NCBI GenBank assembly: GCA_051362555.1
Contig: CM120640.1
Location: 61,916,788 to 61,980,787 of the forward strand
Source: Lingula anatina
Lineage: Eukaryota > Animalia > Brachiopoda
Reading direction: 5' to 3'
Length of the DNA: 64,000 nt
In this document: in pieces, positions 1-13,770 of the stretch
Layout: each line of letters begins with the position of its first letter
Position numbering within the stretch: position 1 is the first letter of the stretch
Program-made: the position numbers and the translations under genes
The notes under the pieces: model-generated
What the model was told of the DNA's origin: nothing
What the model saw: only the letters and a program-made list of their open reading frames with translations
Databases searched by the model: none

Positions 1-37
<37 letters not shown>
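1..37. repeat. (CT)n microsatellite forming the polypyrimidine tract of an NCoR intron
   Basis: Perfect CT dinucleotide run directly upstream of the first NCoR exon in the window. Confidence 0.95.
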
Positions 38-42
<5 letters not shown>

Positions 43-54
43 CTTGCATAAGCC

Positions 55-3000
55 AGAGTACATGCTCTTCTTTCAAGATGTCCAGTACCAACTTGTAAAA
101 CGCCTAAAAGGAAAGTGAAAAGACTGCGGCCCCTTCCAGCTAAATGGGCTGAATTACCCATGGAGATGAAGGATCCTATCATTCAAGATTTGCGTAAGTT
201 CTTCTTTAGTTCTTTTTGACACTAAAATTCAGTTTATGCCAGTACTAGTGAGAGAGCAAAAAAGAAGAATTCCACTTCTGATATTTCTGACCTGGGCTTC
301 TATGTTCTTTGTTATTTAATGATAAAAATAAATGTTGCATCCAACTTAATTATTAGCACATTTAATTAATATGCTTCCTATTTTATTTTTCTTTAGATGA
401 TATTCTAGAAGGTATTTATGTATAGATGATATCAGTTATACTGATTTGATTTTATGTTGTATTTTTAGAACTGACTGATGATATAAACAAGTGCTGCTCT
501 GCTTGTTTTAACCGGATAGCTCGTCGTCTGGGTACCAACCCTCAGACAAATGAACCACTCGTTCCTTTAGTACCAGAAGGTGGTGATGGTATGAAAGAAA
601 AGATGATAAGCTTATTTGTGTTTGATTTGAATGTAAAGATTATCAACAATTTTAAAAGAGGAGTGCAAGGTCAAGTAAAGTTCAATTTTATTGCTTGGTG
701 AGATAGAAATAGATTACTTTTTTTACCACAGTTTCATTGTTATTCTGCTGCAAATTTTTAACTTTAGAATAGTTTTTTAACTTACTTGTCTTCCAATTTT
801 CAGAGGTGGTTGAAACATCTCGCTGGACAGAGGATGAAATGGAGGTTGCCAAGGAGGGTTTACGCATGCACGGTCGGGATTGGGCTGCAATATCCCTCAT
901 GGTAGGGACCAAGTCTGAGGCACAGTGTAAAAACTTCTACTTCAACTACAAACGCAAGTTTAACCTGGAAACTTTGGTGCAAGAGTACAAGAAAACTAAG
1001 GTATGATAACCATTTTATGTTTTTTTATCAACTTTTGATACACTCAAAAATCACAAGTGAAATGGTTTTCAGAAAAGTTGAGTGTACATAGTGAACTTCA
1101 ATTTTTCTTTGAAATCCAAACATGCTTTTGCCTAGTTTTCTCATATGTTGATTCAGGAAAGTTATAATAGATTTCCAGTGTATCTGGAAAAATTTTATTC
1201 CCTTTATCGCAACTTTGATTTTAACAATTGTGGTTACAAATGTTGCCACAGAAAAAAAGTTTTTGTAGTTATTTTCAAAAGATGTTTCATGGTTTAAAAT
1301 TAAATAATAAAACTCTAAATTTAAAACTGTTCTGCCATTCACCAGGTCCATGAGAGAACTCTGTCAATGTCTGAGAGTGTTGCCTCCACCATCACAGCCC
1401 CAGAGTCCGAGGGTGAAGAAGACATGTCATCCAGTGATGATGGTAATGCAGAGGATAATGATATGTCATCTGACACAGATAGTGCTCCCAGCCCGCCACC
1501 CCCTCCAGCCCCTGGGGCAGTGGAAGCTACACCCGCTGGGGGTAATGGATAGTTTGTTTATTTCTTTGTCTCTTGTTCATTGTTTTGAAGTTAAAGAGTA
1601 AATTTGTTTGTATCATAATTTCTTATTGGTATTTGTTATTCATTATGATGTATAATATCAATTCACCAGAAGTAAATTGTTTGAAAAGAAAAAAATAATA
1701 GATAATACACTGAAAATTAGATGCAATTGGAATTTGTTTTTCAGAGTCAGCTATGGATACTTTATGTCCACCACCACCCCCAGCCCAGTCAGGTCCCCCT
1801 GAGACAGACATGAAGCAGCCATCTCCAGATAACCCAGGAGAGAGCTGTAAAATGGATGAACAGACAGAGGAAAAGAATGATAACATTGACAACATGCCCC
1901 TGGGCACCTCTGCCAGCACTCTGGCCCAGCAGAAACCCATGAATTTTTCTGAGACGAGTCTGAAGAGTATTACAGATCCATATGATAGCAGTGCTACGGT
2001 CAGTGCTGATGAAGGGCCACATCAGGCCAGCCCAGGACAGGCCAGCCCTCCCAGACCAGTTGAACACAAGTCTTCAGAGGACAGGCAAAGGATGCAGATA
2101 GAATCCCAAGAAGACAGGTTAGTTTTCTTTTCTAACTAAATTGACTTTTCTTTTTCCCAGGTTAAAAAGGTACATCTATTATAATTGTACCACCAGCGTA
2201 GGCGCTGGCGGTACCCATGGTTTTAGTCCCGACCCGTAAGTTCCGCCGGCTCCTGCGGCTCCTGCGGCTCCGCCGGCTCCTGCGGCTCCGCCGCCAAGTC
2301 ACCGTTACCGCTTCTCCTCCTAGACGGTAAGGGCCCCTGTACCCATCTCTTGGATTTAGGTCACCTATAATCTCAACTCGTTCCACGTAAAATTTGGGCT
2401 TTGTCGGTATTGGGGTCTAGGTGTGGCACTCATTGCAATGCACCCTTGTCTAAAAATGGCAAAATTAAATGCTAATTATCTACCCTACGGAAGGAGTTAT
2501 GGGAAAAATTTCTACAGACAGCTTTCCAAAAGTCATATGTGTAGATTTCAAATATGCCCTTGGATTTGACCTTTGACCTTTATTTCAAGGTCAAACGGGC
2601 CAAAATTTTCAAAAAAATGAAATTTTTTACGAAAAAAAATTTTTTTGCCCTGTTATTCAGATACCACACAGACTTAACCAATAATATTATTGGAAAATGT
2701 TACCCTTCGGGTCATCTTTCATCTCCGTGAATTTGGGGTCAATCGGTGCATTTTCACGGGAGTAGCGGCCATAAAGTACCGAAACTGACAACTGTCTCTA
2801 ATTCAGGAACCGTTAATGCTAGAGACCCATCTCCAAAACTGGCAGAGATAGGACCATAATTTCTATTGAACTTGAATAGGAAGTCATATACTGGCAATCT
2901 AAATGTGACCTTAAAATTGACCTTTGACCTACTTTTCACCATGAACTGAACTTTGCAAATTTTGCTTCCCCTATATCTCCAAAACTGGCAGAGATAGGTC

Positions 3001-6000
3001 CATAGTTACTCTTGAACTTGAATAGGAAGTCATATACTGGCAATCTTACTGTGACCTTGAAATTGACCTTTGACCTACTTTTCACCATGAACTGAACTTT
3101 GCAAATTTTGCTTCCCTTTTATCTCTAAAACTGGCAGAGATAGGTCCATAGTTACTATTGAACTTGAATAGGAAGTCATATACTGGCAATCTAAGTGTGA
3201 CCTTGAAATTGACCTTTGACCTACTTTTCACCATGAACTGAACTTTGCAAATTTTGCTTCCCCTATATCTCCAAAACTGGCAGAGATAGGTCCATAGTTA
3301 CTCTTGAACTTGAATAGGAAGTCATATACTGGCAATCTTACTGTGACCTTGAAATTGACCTTTGACCTACTTTTCACCATGAACTGAATTTTGCAAATTT
3401 TGCTTCCCTTTTATCTCTAAAACTGGCAGAGATAGGTCCATAGTTACTATTGAACTTGAATAGGAAGTCATATACTGGCAATCTAAGTGTGACCTTGAAA
3501 TTGACCTTTGACCCACTTTTTATCATGAACTGAACTCTGCTAATTCCTTTCTCTTTTAACTCCAAACCTGGCAGAGATAGGTCCATAGTTACTATTGAAC
3601 TTGAATAGGAAGTCATATACTGGCAATCTAAATGTGACCTTAAAATTGACCTTTGACCTACTTTTCACCATGAACTGAACTTTGCAAATTTTGCTTCCCT
3701 TATATCTCCAAAACTGGCAGAGATAGGTCCATAGTTACTATTGAACTTGAATAGGAAGTCATATACCGGCAATTTACTGTGACCTTGAAAATGACCTTTC
3801 ACCTACCTTACGATGAACTTAAATTTGATTGTACCATTTTTAGTTTCATATATTTTTTGCATATATTGAAAATTCTTGTTGATTGCATGTTTACAGCTTG
3901 TCAAGCACAAGACTGGTGGCTGTGTCCCTTATTTTGTGTATGTGGGGGTCTATACGAATGCGCTTGCTCCAGCTGGTGGTACAATATTCGGAGGCGGTAT
4001 CGCCTCTCTGATCCTCTAGTTGAATTCATAATCATATTGTTGTGAATGCATATTTTTTATGCAAGACCAGTAAGCACATTCATGTTAGTTGATCAATGGA
4101 TAATTGTGGAATTGTAAGTTACATGCTATTTTTTAAAACAAACTATATATAACAGATATGGTCCTGGCCAGAGGATCATGCACTCATACCCGCCCACAAG
4201 GCATCCACCCAGGCAAGACCAACATTACCAAGGACCCTCCGGTGGTGGTGGTGGTGGAAGTGATATGACGCAAAGACCATCCAACCCACCCCAGGGGAAT
4301 GAAAGCACTGGGGGCGGTGGTAGCAAGGGAGGAGGCACTGGAACAGAGGGAGATAAGTCAAAGAGACCAACAACCCCAGGAAGTGGACCGGCATCAGTCC
4401 GTGATCTTATCCACACAGCCATTGAAAAAAGTTTAGCACAAGACCTTACTGTGAAGGGACAGAATAACAGTAAGTTTGAAGTTTTATAGCTGTATGATAT
4501 ATCTTGGATGTTTTTTGTTGCATAGTGTGAAAAAGAATACTTAAAACAAATTCCATTCCATTTTTCTTGTAAGTTGTAACAATGTCAAAATTGAAAACGT
4601 GGCACTGTTTCAGGTAGATGGTATGCTTTTGCACATGTGTTCATGTGTATGTTACCACTCAGTTACTGAAATATAATTCTACATTGTGATTTGATTTCAT
4701 TAGATAATAAAAGGTTATTTATATAAATAGGAAATAGTGAAATAATAAAGATATGTGACATTTCTTAGGCTGTATCTCATGAAGTTTCTCACTGTTTAGG
4801 AGGAGTTCCTGGCATGCATTCGAGAGCCAAAGATGACAGTTACTTAATGCCACAGAGACCAGGCAGCCCCAGCATGCCATCAAATGTACAGGACTTGAGG
4901 AAAGACAGGCACAGTGCAGATCACCCAATGCCCCAGCCAATGCGTGAGCACCCTGTCTCCTCCCTGGCAGGATACCATCATCCAGTACCACATGATAGGA
5001 GGGATTATGAGGTTCAAGATTTGTCAAGGAAATCGACAGAGCATCGTATATCACAAGGCTACAAGGGAGACCCTCGTGATTTTGACCCACGCGATCCACG
5101 TAATCTAGAGGTGCCATACATGCAGCCTGAAAACCTGGGTAGAGTGCGTGCCCCACCCCCTGCTCATTCTCATCACACTCCAACTCAGCAGGAGGCTTTA
5201 CAGATGGGGCTGGAACCACATGTGAGGGAGATGCATAGGTTTCAGGATCAGCGGGCCAAATCACCATCTGCCTACCCTTTAGAGAGAGGGATGCCACGTC
5301 CACCATACCCCACTTCTAGTTCCTCCTTTAATGCACCAAGGCCATCCCATCCATCTCCACTACCTCAAGTGCGTGGAAGCATACCACCACCTCCACCACT
5401 CATCAACACAAAGTCACCCAAACTAAGCCCCAGAAATGAAAAGGCTTCCCCTTTGGGTATGCCACCCCCTGCTGGCTCCATAACCCAGGGGACCCCCCTA
5501 AACCCTCCTCACAGCTCAGCTGGTGGGAGGTATGAGGGAGGAGGGCGTTATGAAGGTTTGCTTCAAACCACCACCTCCCACGGTGCCACACGCCCTGAAG
5601 GATCCATTACCCAGGGAACCCCTTTAGGTTCTGACCCCCCAGGTGGACGGCCCTCGGTCAGCTACGAGTCCTCTGTCCCCAGGATGCCTCAGATGATCCC
5701 TTATGAGGCTCTCCATGGGCACTTGCGGCCTCCTATGATGTTCCCTGGGGGGATGGACTATGCGAGAGCAGCTGGTCTACAGGGGATGTACCCTCCTCCA
5801 GTGCCAGGGTTCCCAGGGCCAGGACACCTCCAGGAGTACATGGGGACCCGGGGTCGCCTCCTGGCTGACTTTGTGACAGCACAGCAGATGCATGCAGCAG
5901 AAGTCCAGAGACGGGGACCAGGCCAGGAGAAGGAGGCCAGTTTGTCACCGAGAAATAGAGAACAAGCACAGGGCAACTACCCAGGCAGGGGTAAGAAGCA

Positions 6001-9000
6001 AAAGAGAGTATACATTGTTGAATGATTAAATGTTTGTTAGTTATCAAATTAACAATTGTTTGACTTAGGACATCCTTGTAGTCACAGTCGTTTATTCACA
6101 GGGGTAAGATAAGAACCTACACAAATTTATTTTTTATCACAATATAATTATTTTCTAGCTCAAGCAGAATGCATCCAGTCTGGTGCATATGGTATCCCTC
6201 TCCAGACTCCCCAGGGTATTATGTATGCGCCATACCCAGGGCAGGTGCCCCCCTCCTCCATCAGTGACCAGAGACCCAGGACTACCTCACCATCACAGCA
6301 GATGAGCTCTCTGTCCCCCAGGGGCAATGGTCAGAGTGGGAGTGGGTCTTGGTCCAGTGGGCAGCCACGACTTCCTGTGTCCAGTACCTCTGGGGGCAGT
6401 AACCCTGGGGCCAGGCCCACAGAGTACCCTAGGTCAGTTGTTATGATGTATGAGTCGGTGCATTTGAATGAAAGAGCTTGACAGTTTATTATTCTGGTAA
6501 AGACTTGTCACCTAGAGCACTGATAGCTTTATACTGAAAAACAGAATTGCATCTGGTGGAACATTCTATAATGTTATCGTAAGGACTTTATAACCAAGTT
6601 GCTGATAATTTGCTATGGAATTGTAAAATTGTGTTTGCATTGTTGTTATAACATGCTGCTCTCAATTAATAACAAAGACTTGTCTGTCAACATTTTGATA
6701 AAAATATTTGTGAAGTGAATGTACCATAATTGCAAGAAACATAATTTTCTTGGTGTGAGCAGGTTTCCCTCTGGGTCTCCCCAGCAAAGGCAGAATGTAA
6801 TAAAACGTGGTGGTGGCGGCAGCATACTTATGGGTACCAGTGGCAAGGGTGACCCAGGGCCAGAGAGACAAGGAGGACAGCATCCAAGGGGAACACCTTC
6901 ACCTAGGTGAGATTGATAAACTCATAGAAAATGCCTTACAAAACAAATTGCCCTTTGAAATGCAATTTATATTTCTACCCTATTCCCCTGCCCACTCCCA
7001 ATAAGTCCAGGATCTACATGTGACTGTTTCACAATTTGGTACATTGTTAGAAATAGCAAACTGTCATAATAGATCATTTTAGGATGTTGATTGAACCTGT
7101 ACTGTAATTTTGCCTAGGTGGTTGATATATTCAAGGTTATGTATTTGTATGTTTTAGATTCAGTGGGGAGAGTGGGGGCTCATTCCAAGTGTTAGTGGAT
7201 GCAGCAGCCAATGCTCAGAGTTTGTCTGTTGCCCACGAGAGGAGTCGAGAAGAATCCAGGTCACCACGCCTCATGGCAGAGATGAGAATGAGAGAGAACA
7301 GAGACAGGGAACGTGCTAGATATGAATCCGAGGTTGAATCCTACCGCATGATGAGAGAAAGGTATGATTCTGAGAGAACAAGAACTGACTCAGAGAGAAC
7401 CAGGACAGATTCAGAAACCTCTCAGATAGAGCAAGATAGAGAAAGGGAGAGAAGACAGTTGATGGAGCAGGCCAGAGCAATGCCCATGCCTAGATTTGGC
7501 CCCACAGTGTCCACAGAGCAGGCAAGGTACGAGGCAGCATTGGCTGCAGAAAGAGCACGTCAGATGCATGCACAGGCAGAGCACCAAGCCCGTATGATAG
7601 AAATGGAAAGGGCACGTTATATTGAAGAGCAGCGCTCTCGTATGGCACAAGTTCAGGCAGCTGCAGCCACATCTGAGGCCTCACAGGCTGTTGACATGCG
7701 CCCAGGAAGTAATAGTCGTAGCATGGAAAATTTACGGGGCGAGACCAGGAGGCAGGAAGCTGATCAGGCTAGCAGTCACTCTCAGCCTCTTGGTCGCCCT
7801 TCCAGTAGTCAAGATATTGTGTCTACTTCAAATCAACCCAGCAGTGAACAGCCATCGTATGGGAATCAGAGATCTTCAAGACCAACTGAACAGTCAAATG
7901 GGGATGTCCCTTTAGAAGATAGAGAGAATAGGGAGACAGCAGTGCAAGATGGATTGGAATTATTGTCAGGTTCATTTGAAAAAGATGGAGCAAAAAAGCA
8001 CATGTCAAAAGAAGAGGTGCAACAGGAATTGAAAGGAAAGGGTCAAACTACAATGACAGCAGCCAGTTTAATTGATGCCATTATAACGCATCAGATTAAT
8101 AATACAGTTACTGGGCCGCCTCCCTCTGAGCCCACATCAACACAGCCCCCTCTGTTATCAAAGCCATTAATTCAGCAACAACAACAGCCTCAACCCCAAC
8201 AGCAGCACCAGCAGCAGCAACAACAACCACATATACAGCAACCCCCACAGTTACCCAGACCACGCACTCTAACCCCAATATTTAATCGCCAGAGTCCAGA
8301 TACTTCTCAGCAGGTTGAACACAGGTCTCCACCATACAAGCCACACAAGGCTGCTCTCAGTCGATATGAAGCAGATGCCAGGGGAGAAAACTCCTCTGAG
8401 GCTGTTGAGAGTAGAACCATGATGGTAAGCCGGTCTTTGGAGCACCCATCAAACAACAGCCCCATCTCTGACATCAGTGACATGTCATCACGTTCATCCT
8501 CCTCCAACCACCCATCAGGGTCGTCACAGGGAGGCCCTTCTTCTAAGACTATTACACTCGGTGAGCACATTGATGCAATAATAATTCATGATTATCAGAA
8601 AAAGATAGCAGCCATTGGTTCTGGGGGATTTCTTCATAAGATGGGCAGTCTCCCCACTGAAAAAAGTGCAGCAGAGAGTAGCACTACTGCTGCCATCAAA
8701 CAGTTACTGAACAGCGATAGCTCTAGCAGTGTGGCATCCACATCACCCACTGGGTCTCCACGCAGTAAGCCAGCAGATTCCTCACCAGCTAGTGCTGGAG
8801 TGACCAGGGCCACAGAGGGGGAGGAAAACAACCCAGTGCAACTGCAGCTTCTGCAACAACAGCAACTTCAGCAGCAGTTACAGCAGTACCAACAGCTTCA
8901 TCAACAGCAGCAACAGCAACAACAACATCAGGCCTCGCCACCAGCAGCTCAGCAGCAGCATTCACCCATCAGCAGCCAGCCAAAGGTTTCTACTGGGTCA

Positions 9001-11772
9001 ACTGGTTATGTGCCTCAGTACAAGCCAAAGAGAAATTTTCAGGTACTAACATATATATTTATATATAGCTTATAAGTGCTAGAAGTTGAATTGTGCTCTA
9101 TATGCTGTGTTGTTATTGTTTTATACGTTTTTTTTTCAGGTTGTATGTAACAACCCTTAGTAATTTGAATTTGCACATATAATAAAATTTCTCAAGTTTT
9201 TTTTTTTTTTTTTTTTTTTTTTTGAGAAATACTTGGTGTCATTTTCTCTCCTAAAGTACCAAATTTTTACCCTGAGACAAACTTGACACACTGGTTTGAA
9301 GATGAATTTAATAAATTCTAGATTCCTCACTTACCTTGTATATTTAATTTATAGCAAAGAGTAGCTACAGAGGCTATGGCAGCCCCAGAGTCCTCAGACC
9401 AACCTGTACAAGCTGAAGAACAGAGTGCCAGACCAGCACAACCTACTCCCCCTGCACCTGATGATGGGGTGTCCCAGTCAGACCAGAAACAACTGGATTC
9501 CTACAGAATGGAGTCCATTTCACCAGCAGGTAAGAAGGTTATTGGTCCTTTCTAACGGTCTTGTCTGTTTGAAAGGTAAGTTTGCCATTTTGTTCTGTAG
9601 AACATTTGTTATGATAAGATTAGTATACTTAGATAGACATTATCTTCATTACAATCACAGTTATGATATCAAATGTGTGATATAAAAGGAAGGATTTGAC
9701 TTAGTAAGATATGTTGTACTGTAAAAACTGAAAGCAAAAACACCAACTTGAACATCTTTTACCTCAGGTTCTATGAACAGTGACAACAGTGATGTAGGAA
9801 GTGGTAAACCAGGGTCTCCACGCTCTCCACGAGGTGGCAGCACCTCTGCAATAGCTGCACATCACCAGGCAATCTCCAATCTCCTTCAGAGACCAGGTAA
9901 AATGTTGGATCTTCATTTTCACACTTTGTATTTATACAACAGATTAGGTTTAGATATAAAGTTTTGAAGTTATAATAGACCTTAACTGCATTTAAACTAA
10001 AAAGTTGAAAAAGTTCTATATCAATCATTAAAATAATCACTGAATAACTTTCAGGTTTTCCAGCAGACAGCAGCCGTAACCCTTCATCAGGTGGGTCCAA
10101 TGAAGTGAGCAGTTCAGCCAACAGAAACTTGTCCTTCTACAACATCATGTCCCCTTTGGATTATGTCCGCAGCAAAATAGCAGAGGTAATGAGAAGCGGG
10201 GAGAGTGTGGTACACAGCAACAGATCCTCAGACCAAGCCAGTGCTTCAAGCAGTGAGGTTCCTCATGGATCCAGTCCTCACGTGGGTCAGTCAGGGTATC
10301 CACAGGAAGGCACAGGAGCAGGAGACAACCCACAGCTGTCCATGCTGCCTGGCAGTAGAAATGGCGTGAGTGGAGGGGATGGTAGAGATGGCAGAGGTGG
10401 TAGTCATCCCAATACCCCCAGCTCCTCATTTAATTCAGGCCACCGGTCACCTCACCCTCACTGGCCAGGGTCACAACAACAACAACAACAACAACAGCAA
10501 CAGCAGAATCAGCCTCCACCCCAGCCACAGGCTGATGGCCATAACAAGCCATCCCCAGGGGTTCTAATGGGATCTTCAGGCAGGTGGAGCCCCAGGACAC
10601 ACCCGTACCCGCCCAGGCCCAGTTCAGCTCCCAGGGGCAGCATTATTCAGTCACCAATGGACAGGGTAAATAGTGGACAAGCTGCCCCCAGTGAGCCCAG
10701 ACCAGCCTTTGCTGACTCCTCTCGAGGGAATCATGAAGGAAGGCCCATTTTAGACATACGCAAAAGAGCTATGGAAGATTATGGGGAATCCAAGCAAGTC
10801 TCACCAAGACCTGCCAAGAAAAGATATTCACCAGCATTTTATGGTCAAGGGCCAGTCAGCTCTGATGACCCACAGTCCAACTTTCACATGAGACAGAGCC
10901 CCAGGTCCATGTCCCCTTCAAGCTCAGAAAATCAGGCTCCTTCAAATAGTTATGAGAGATCACAAGTTTCTTCTGGAAGTAGGGCTAGAGATAGCAAATC
11001 TGGAGATGGAGAAATTGATCAGAGTTCCTCCAGTCACGTAAGGGAAGCACATGTTAGTGGTTCTTCAGAAAAGTCCAGTGCTATGCCAGTGGAGAGCAGT
11101 AGCTCTCGCCGCCAGGATACTGGTGTAGGAAGCAGTGGTGGTGTGGGAGAGGTGGTGACCTCTCAAGATTCAGAGCGAGGTTCAAATCAACCTGGGGATG
11201 ATGGAGTCAGTACCGGGTCTCAGTCAGTGGAGGGTAGCAGTGCCATGAGCAGCAGCATATCCCATCAGAAGCATATCTCCAGTGATGCTGAAGACTCTGG
11301 CCTTGTCATTGATGAGGGAAATGATGCAGACAGTTCTGCCAATGCTCAGCCAGTGAGTCCTGCCCATGCTAAGATCTCTACCACCTCAGGGCAAAGGGAT
11401 AGAGACGCAGACCAAAGTACAGCCCCAGACACTGGTGCCAGCTCCTCTGAAGTCATAGGAAGCTCTTCATTACCTCATTCATCAGGTGGTGCCAATGTGC
11501 CCACCTCTGCTCAAGATGGCGGCACACTCGGAATCTCCTCTTCGTCATCTGCACTGCCATTTGGCGCCAGTTGTTATCCTTTCTCCTCACAGCCTCTGCG
11601 TACTGCAGGAGGATCCCCAGGGAATTCTCAGTTCCCCAGCAGCAGTGTTAGTACTCGTGGCAACTCGCCTACTATTGGGAGTAATGGTAGTAATAATGGG
11701 GTTGGGGACAGCACCACAGGATCTGTTCCAGCCATGTCATCACAGTATGAGACTATGTCTGATGAAGACTGA
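55..11772 (+). CDS. NCOR1: Nuclear receptor corepressor NCoR/SMRT (SMRTER-like); 5' part lies outside the window
   Basis: In-frame GT-AG exons ~55-193, 469-588, 804-1000, 1346-1541, 1745-2117, 4156-4469, 4800-5990, 6159-6432, 6763-6906, 7158-9042, 9355-9529, 9768-9896, 10055-11772. Motifs: SANT2 ([15 protein letters not shown]...[12 protein letters not shown]), ESVAST, two [25 protein letters not shown], CoRNR-like [14 protein letters not shown] and [15 protein letters not shown], and C-terminal [10 protein letters not shown] (LSD/SPOC-binding type). Confidence 0.95.
2184..4020 (+). mobile_element. Non-autonomous Helentron-associated element (HINE/pearl-like), copy A, in NCoR intron
   Basis: 5' subTIR ATTGTACCACCAGC (2184-2197) with adjacent inverted repeat CGCTGGCGGTAC; 9-bp GGCTCC(TGC/GCC) microsatellite; internal satellite; 3' subTIR GCTGGTGGTACAAT (3972-3985); hairpin GAGGCG-GTAT-CGCCTC; CTAGT end. 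Nearly colinear with 28099-31293. Confidence 0.88.
2829..3806. repeat. 146-bp tandem satellite, about 7 units
   Basis: AAGTCATATA recurs at 2881, 3027, 3173, 3319, 3465, 3610, 3756 (period 146, one 145). Confidence 0.95.
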
Positions 11773-13770
11773 AAAAAATGAATGCTATTCTGTCATTTAA
11801 ATTCCTAATAATGGAAGGGTGTTTTAAGAAAATTGGGAACCATGGGAAAGTGTTGCTATAATATTTAGATGGGCATCATTTTATACCAAGTCGAAAGGGT
11901 AGGGAATACATCCTCTTGGATAGTAAATGAGAACCTGTACTTTTCATGGGACTGTTTTACCCTGGCATGCTGATGAGAAGAATTACAAATTGGAATAGAA
12001 AGTAGTGATTTGCAGTAGAAGATGAAATAGAAAATGCAGGTATGGTAATTATGTACTAGTGTGAAGGAACGTTATTCACATACTGATAACTGTAATACAA
12101 TCAGATTTGCGTAATGATAAGTATTTTTTGTAAAGCCTTTGTACATATGTTGTTACACTTTATAAAGGACTTTATAAGCAGATGTAGATGTTTAGTTTAA
12201 AAATGAAAATCATGTCAGTTTATGCAGACAAGTTTACAGAATGCATGAAGATAAAATCTCTGAGATGGGCCCCTTATAATTTTTTATTTAAAAGTTATAT
12301 TGATTGATCGGCAAAATCCCTGTAGATCTTGTAAATTTTAATGCTATTTGAAGTTGCATAGGATAGGAAATTTGATATATCTCCTTGCCAGTTTTTTATT
12401 TTATTTATTTATTTATATATATTTTTTTTATTTTTGATTTTTTTAGAATCTACGTTGTTTTATATTGTGTAAAAATGTTGTTTTTATGTTATTGTATAGT
12501 TAGATGTGTATTGCTTTAACTATCTTTTCTGGTGTTATTTAGTTTGCTGTATGATAGCTGGGCATTTTTATATGAAAGTAATCAGTCAAGTTGTGCTGTA
12601 ATTATTTTGTTTATTCCCTTTTCTTTATTTGAAAAAGAACGATTTTCTTTAGTAGTTGTTTCTCAAGTGGGTCAGAATTATGTCTTGAATTATAAACAGA
12701 AACTCAGAAATAGAAATAAAATATTTGTGAGAACTTCAGAGGCTGTGGCAGTTTCAGAAAATGTGCTCTGAGGGTTGAAAGTCAAGACTTGTAGATTTTG
12801 AGGAGCATCAATAGATTAAGTTACTTTCAACACAAATGGTGTTGTACATTCTGTTGATCTATGCTGTTGTTTACAGAGCCAGTTTCATTATTATATAGCC
12901 TCAACAATATGTATGGAAACTGGACTTCTGTTTGTATCATGTTTACAGTGGAAAGTAATAAAAAGCACAACTGTTAAGTTTGTTTTCTGGTGTGATAAAC
13001 CGTGGCAGCATAAGATGGTTGCCTGGCACTTACCCAAAAATTACTCATTCCCCCTCGAAATCCAGTCAATTTAAAAATACGATGGACCTTTCTAGATCTT
13101 TTTCTTACAGGTACAAATGTACTTTGCTTAAAATCAAAAGCCATGCATGTTATTCCATACTTGTGATTTATCAAAAAACTTCCAAGTGGGTCCACAGAAA
13201 CATAAAAATACTAAGAGAGTAAAACAAAGTATTTTATTACATTGATGGTAGAAATACATGGTGTAGAAACGAAAAATGGACATCAGAGAGGCAACATTTT
13301 AATATGGAACTGGTAGATACCTGACCTTTCCTTCACAGAAAAGTCTTCAATTTGATGGAAGACCATTAACATCTATCCTTGAGGCACAACTCACAAAAAA
13401 GGTATTTTAAACCTTGTTCTCAGTCACTACAATCTGTGCTGTATGCTGGTATCCATCAACTATTCTCTGCATTCTCACTAAAGTATTTAGCCGTTCCAAT
13501 TTGTTGCACACATCTTGAAGAAAATCATTTATTCTAGGGGTGGATAATGGTAGTTTCGGACTAAATCATTTAACTTCAAACTGTCATAATGATGACAATA
13601 GGTGTCACATCTTTCAACTTTTCCCTGGCAGTCCCCTTAATTTGTTATTGGCATGATGTTTCGATTATGTAAAACTATTTTCATACAGTTCCTGTTGTTT
13701 TCTGTACATCTGAGTCACAAAACACTGCACTCTCTATCTAATACAACAGTCCCAGAAACATTGGGTTTCA

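Noticed and set aside
2169-2183. Similar GTAC(CC)ATCTA sequence upstream of both HINE copies, suggesting a target preference
   Set aside because: Short, gapped match with only two examples; cannot be separated from chance.
2162-3616. Short ORFs including an RRSRRS protamine-like peptide and repeat-derived ORFs
   Set aside because: They are translations of the HINE 9-bp microsatellite and satellite; no Rep/helicase or transposase motifs.
2829-3806. Regular repeats resembling a CRISPR array
   Set aside because: Whole 146-bp units are repeated with no unique spacers, the context is eukaryotic and there are no cas genes.
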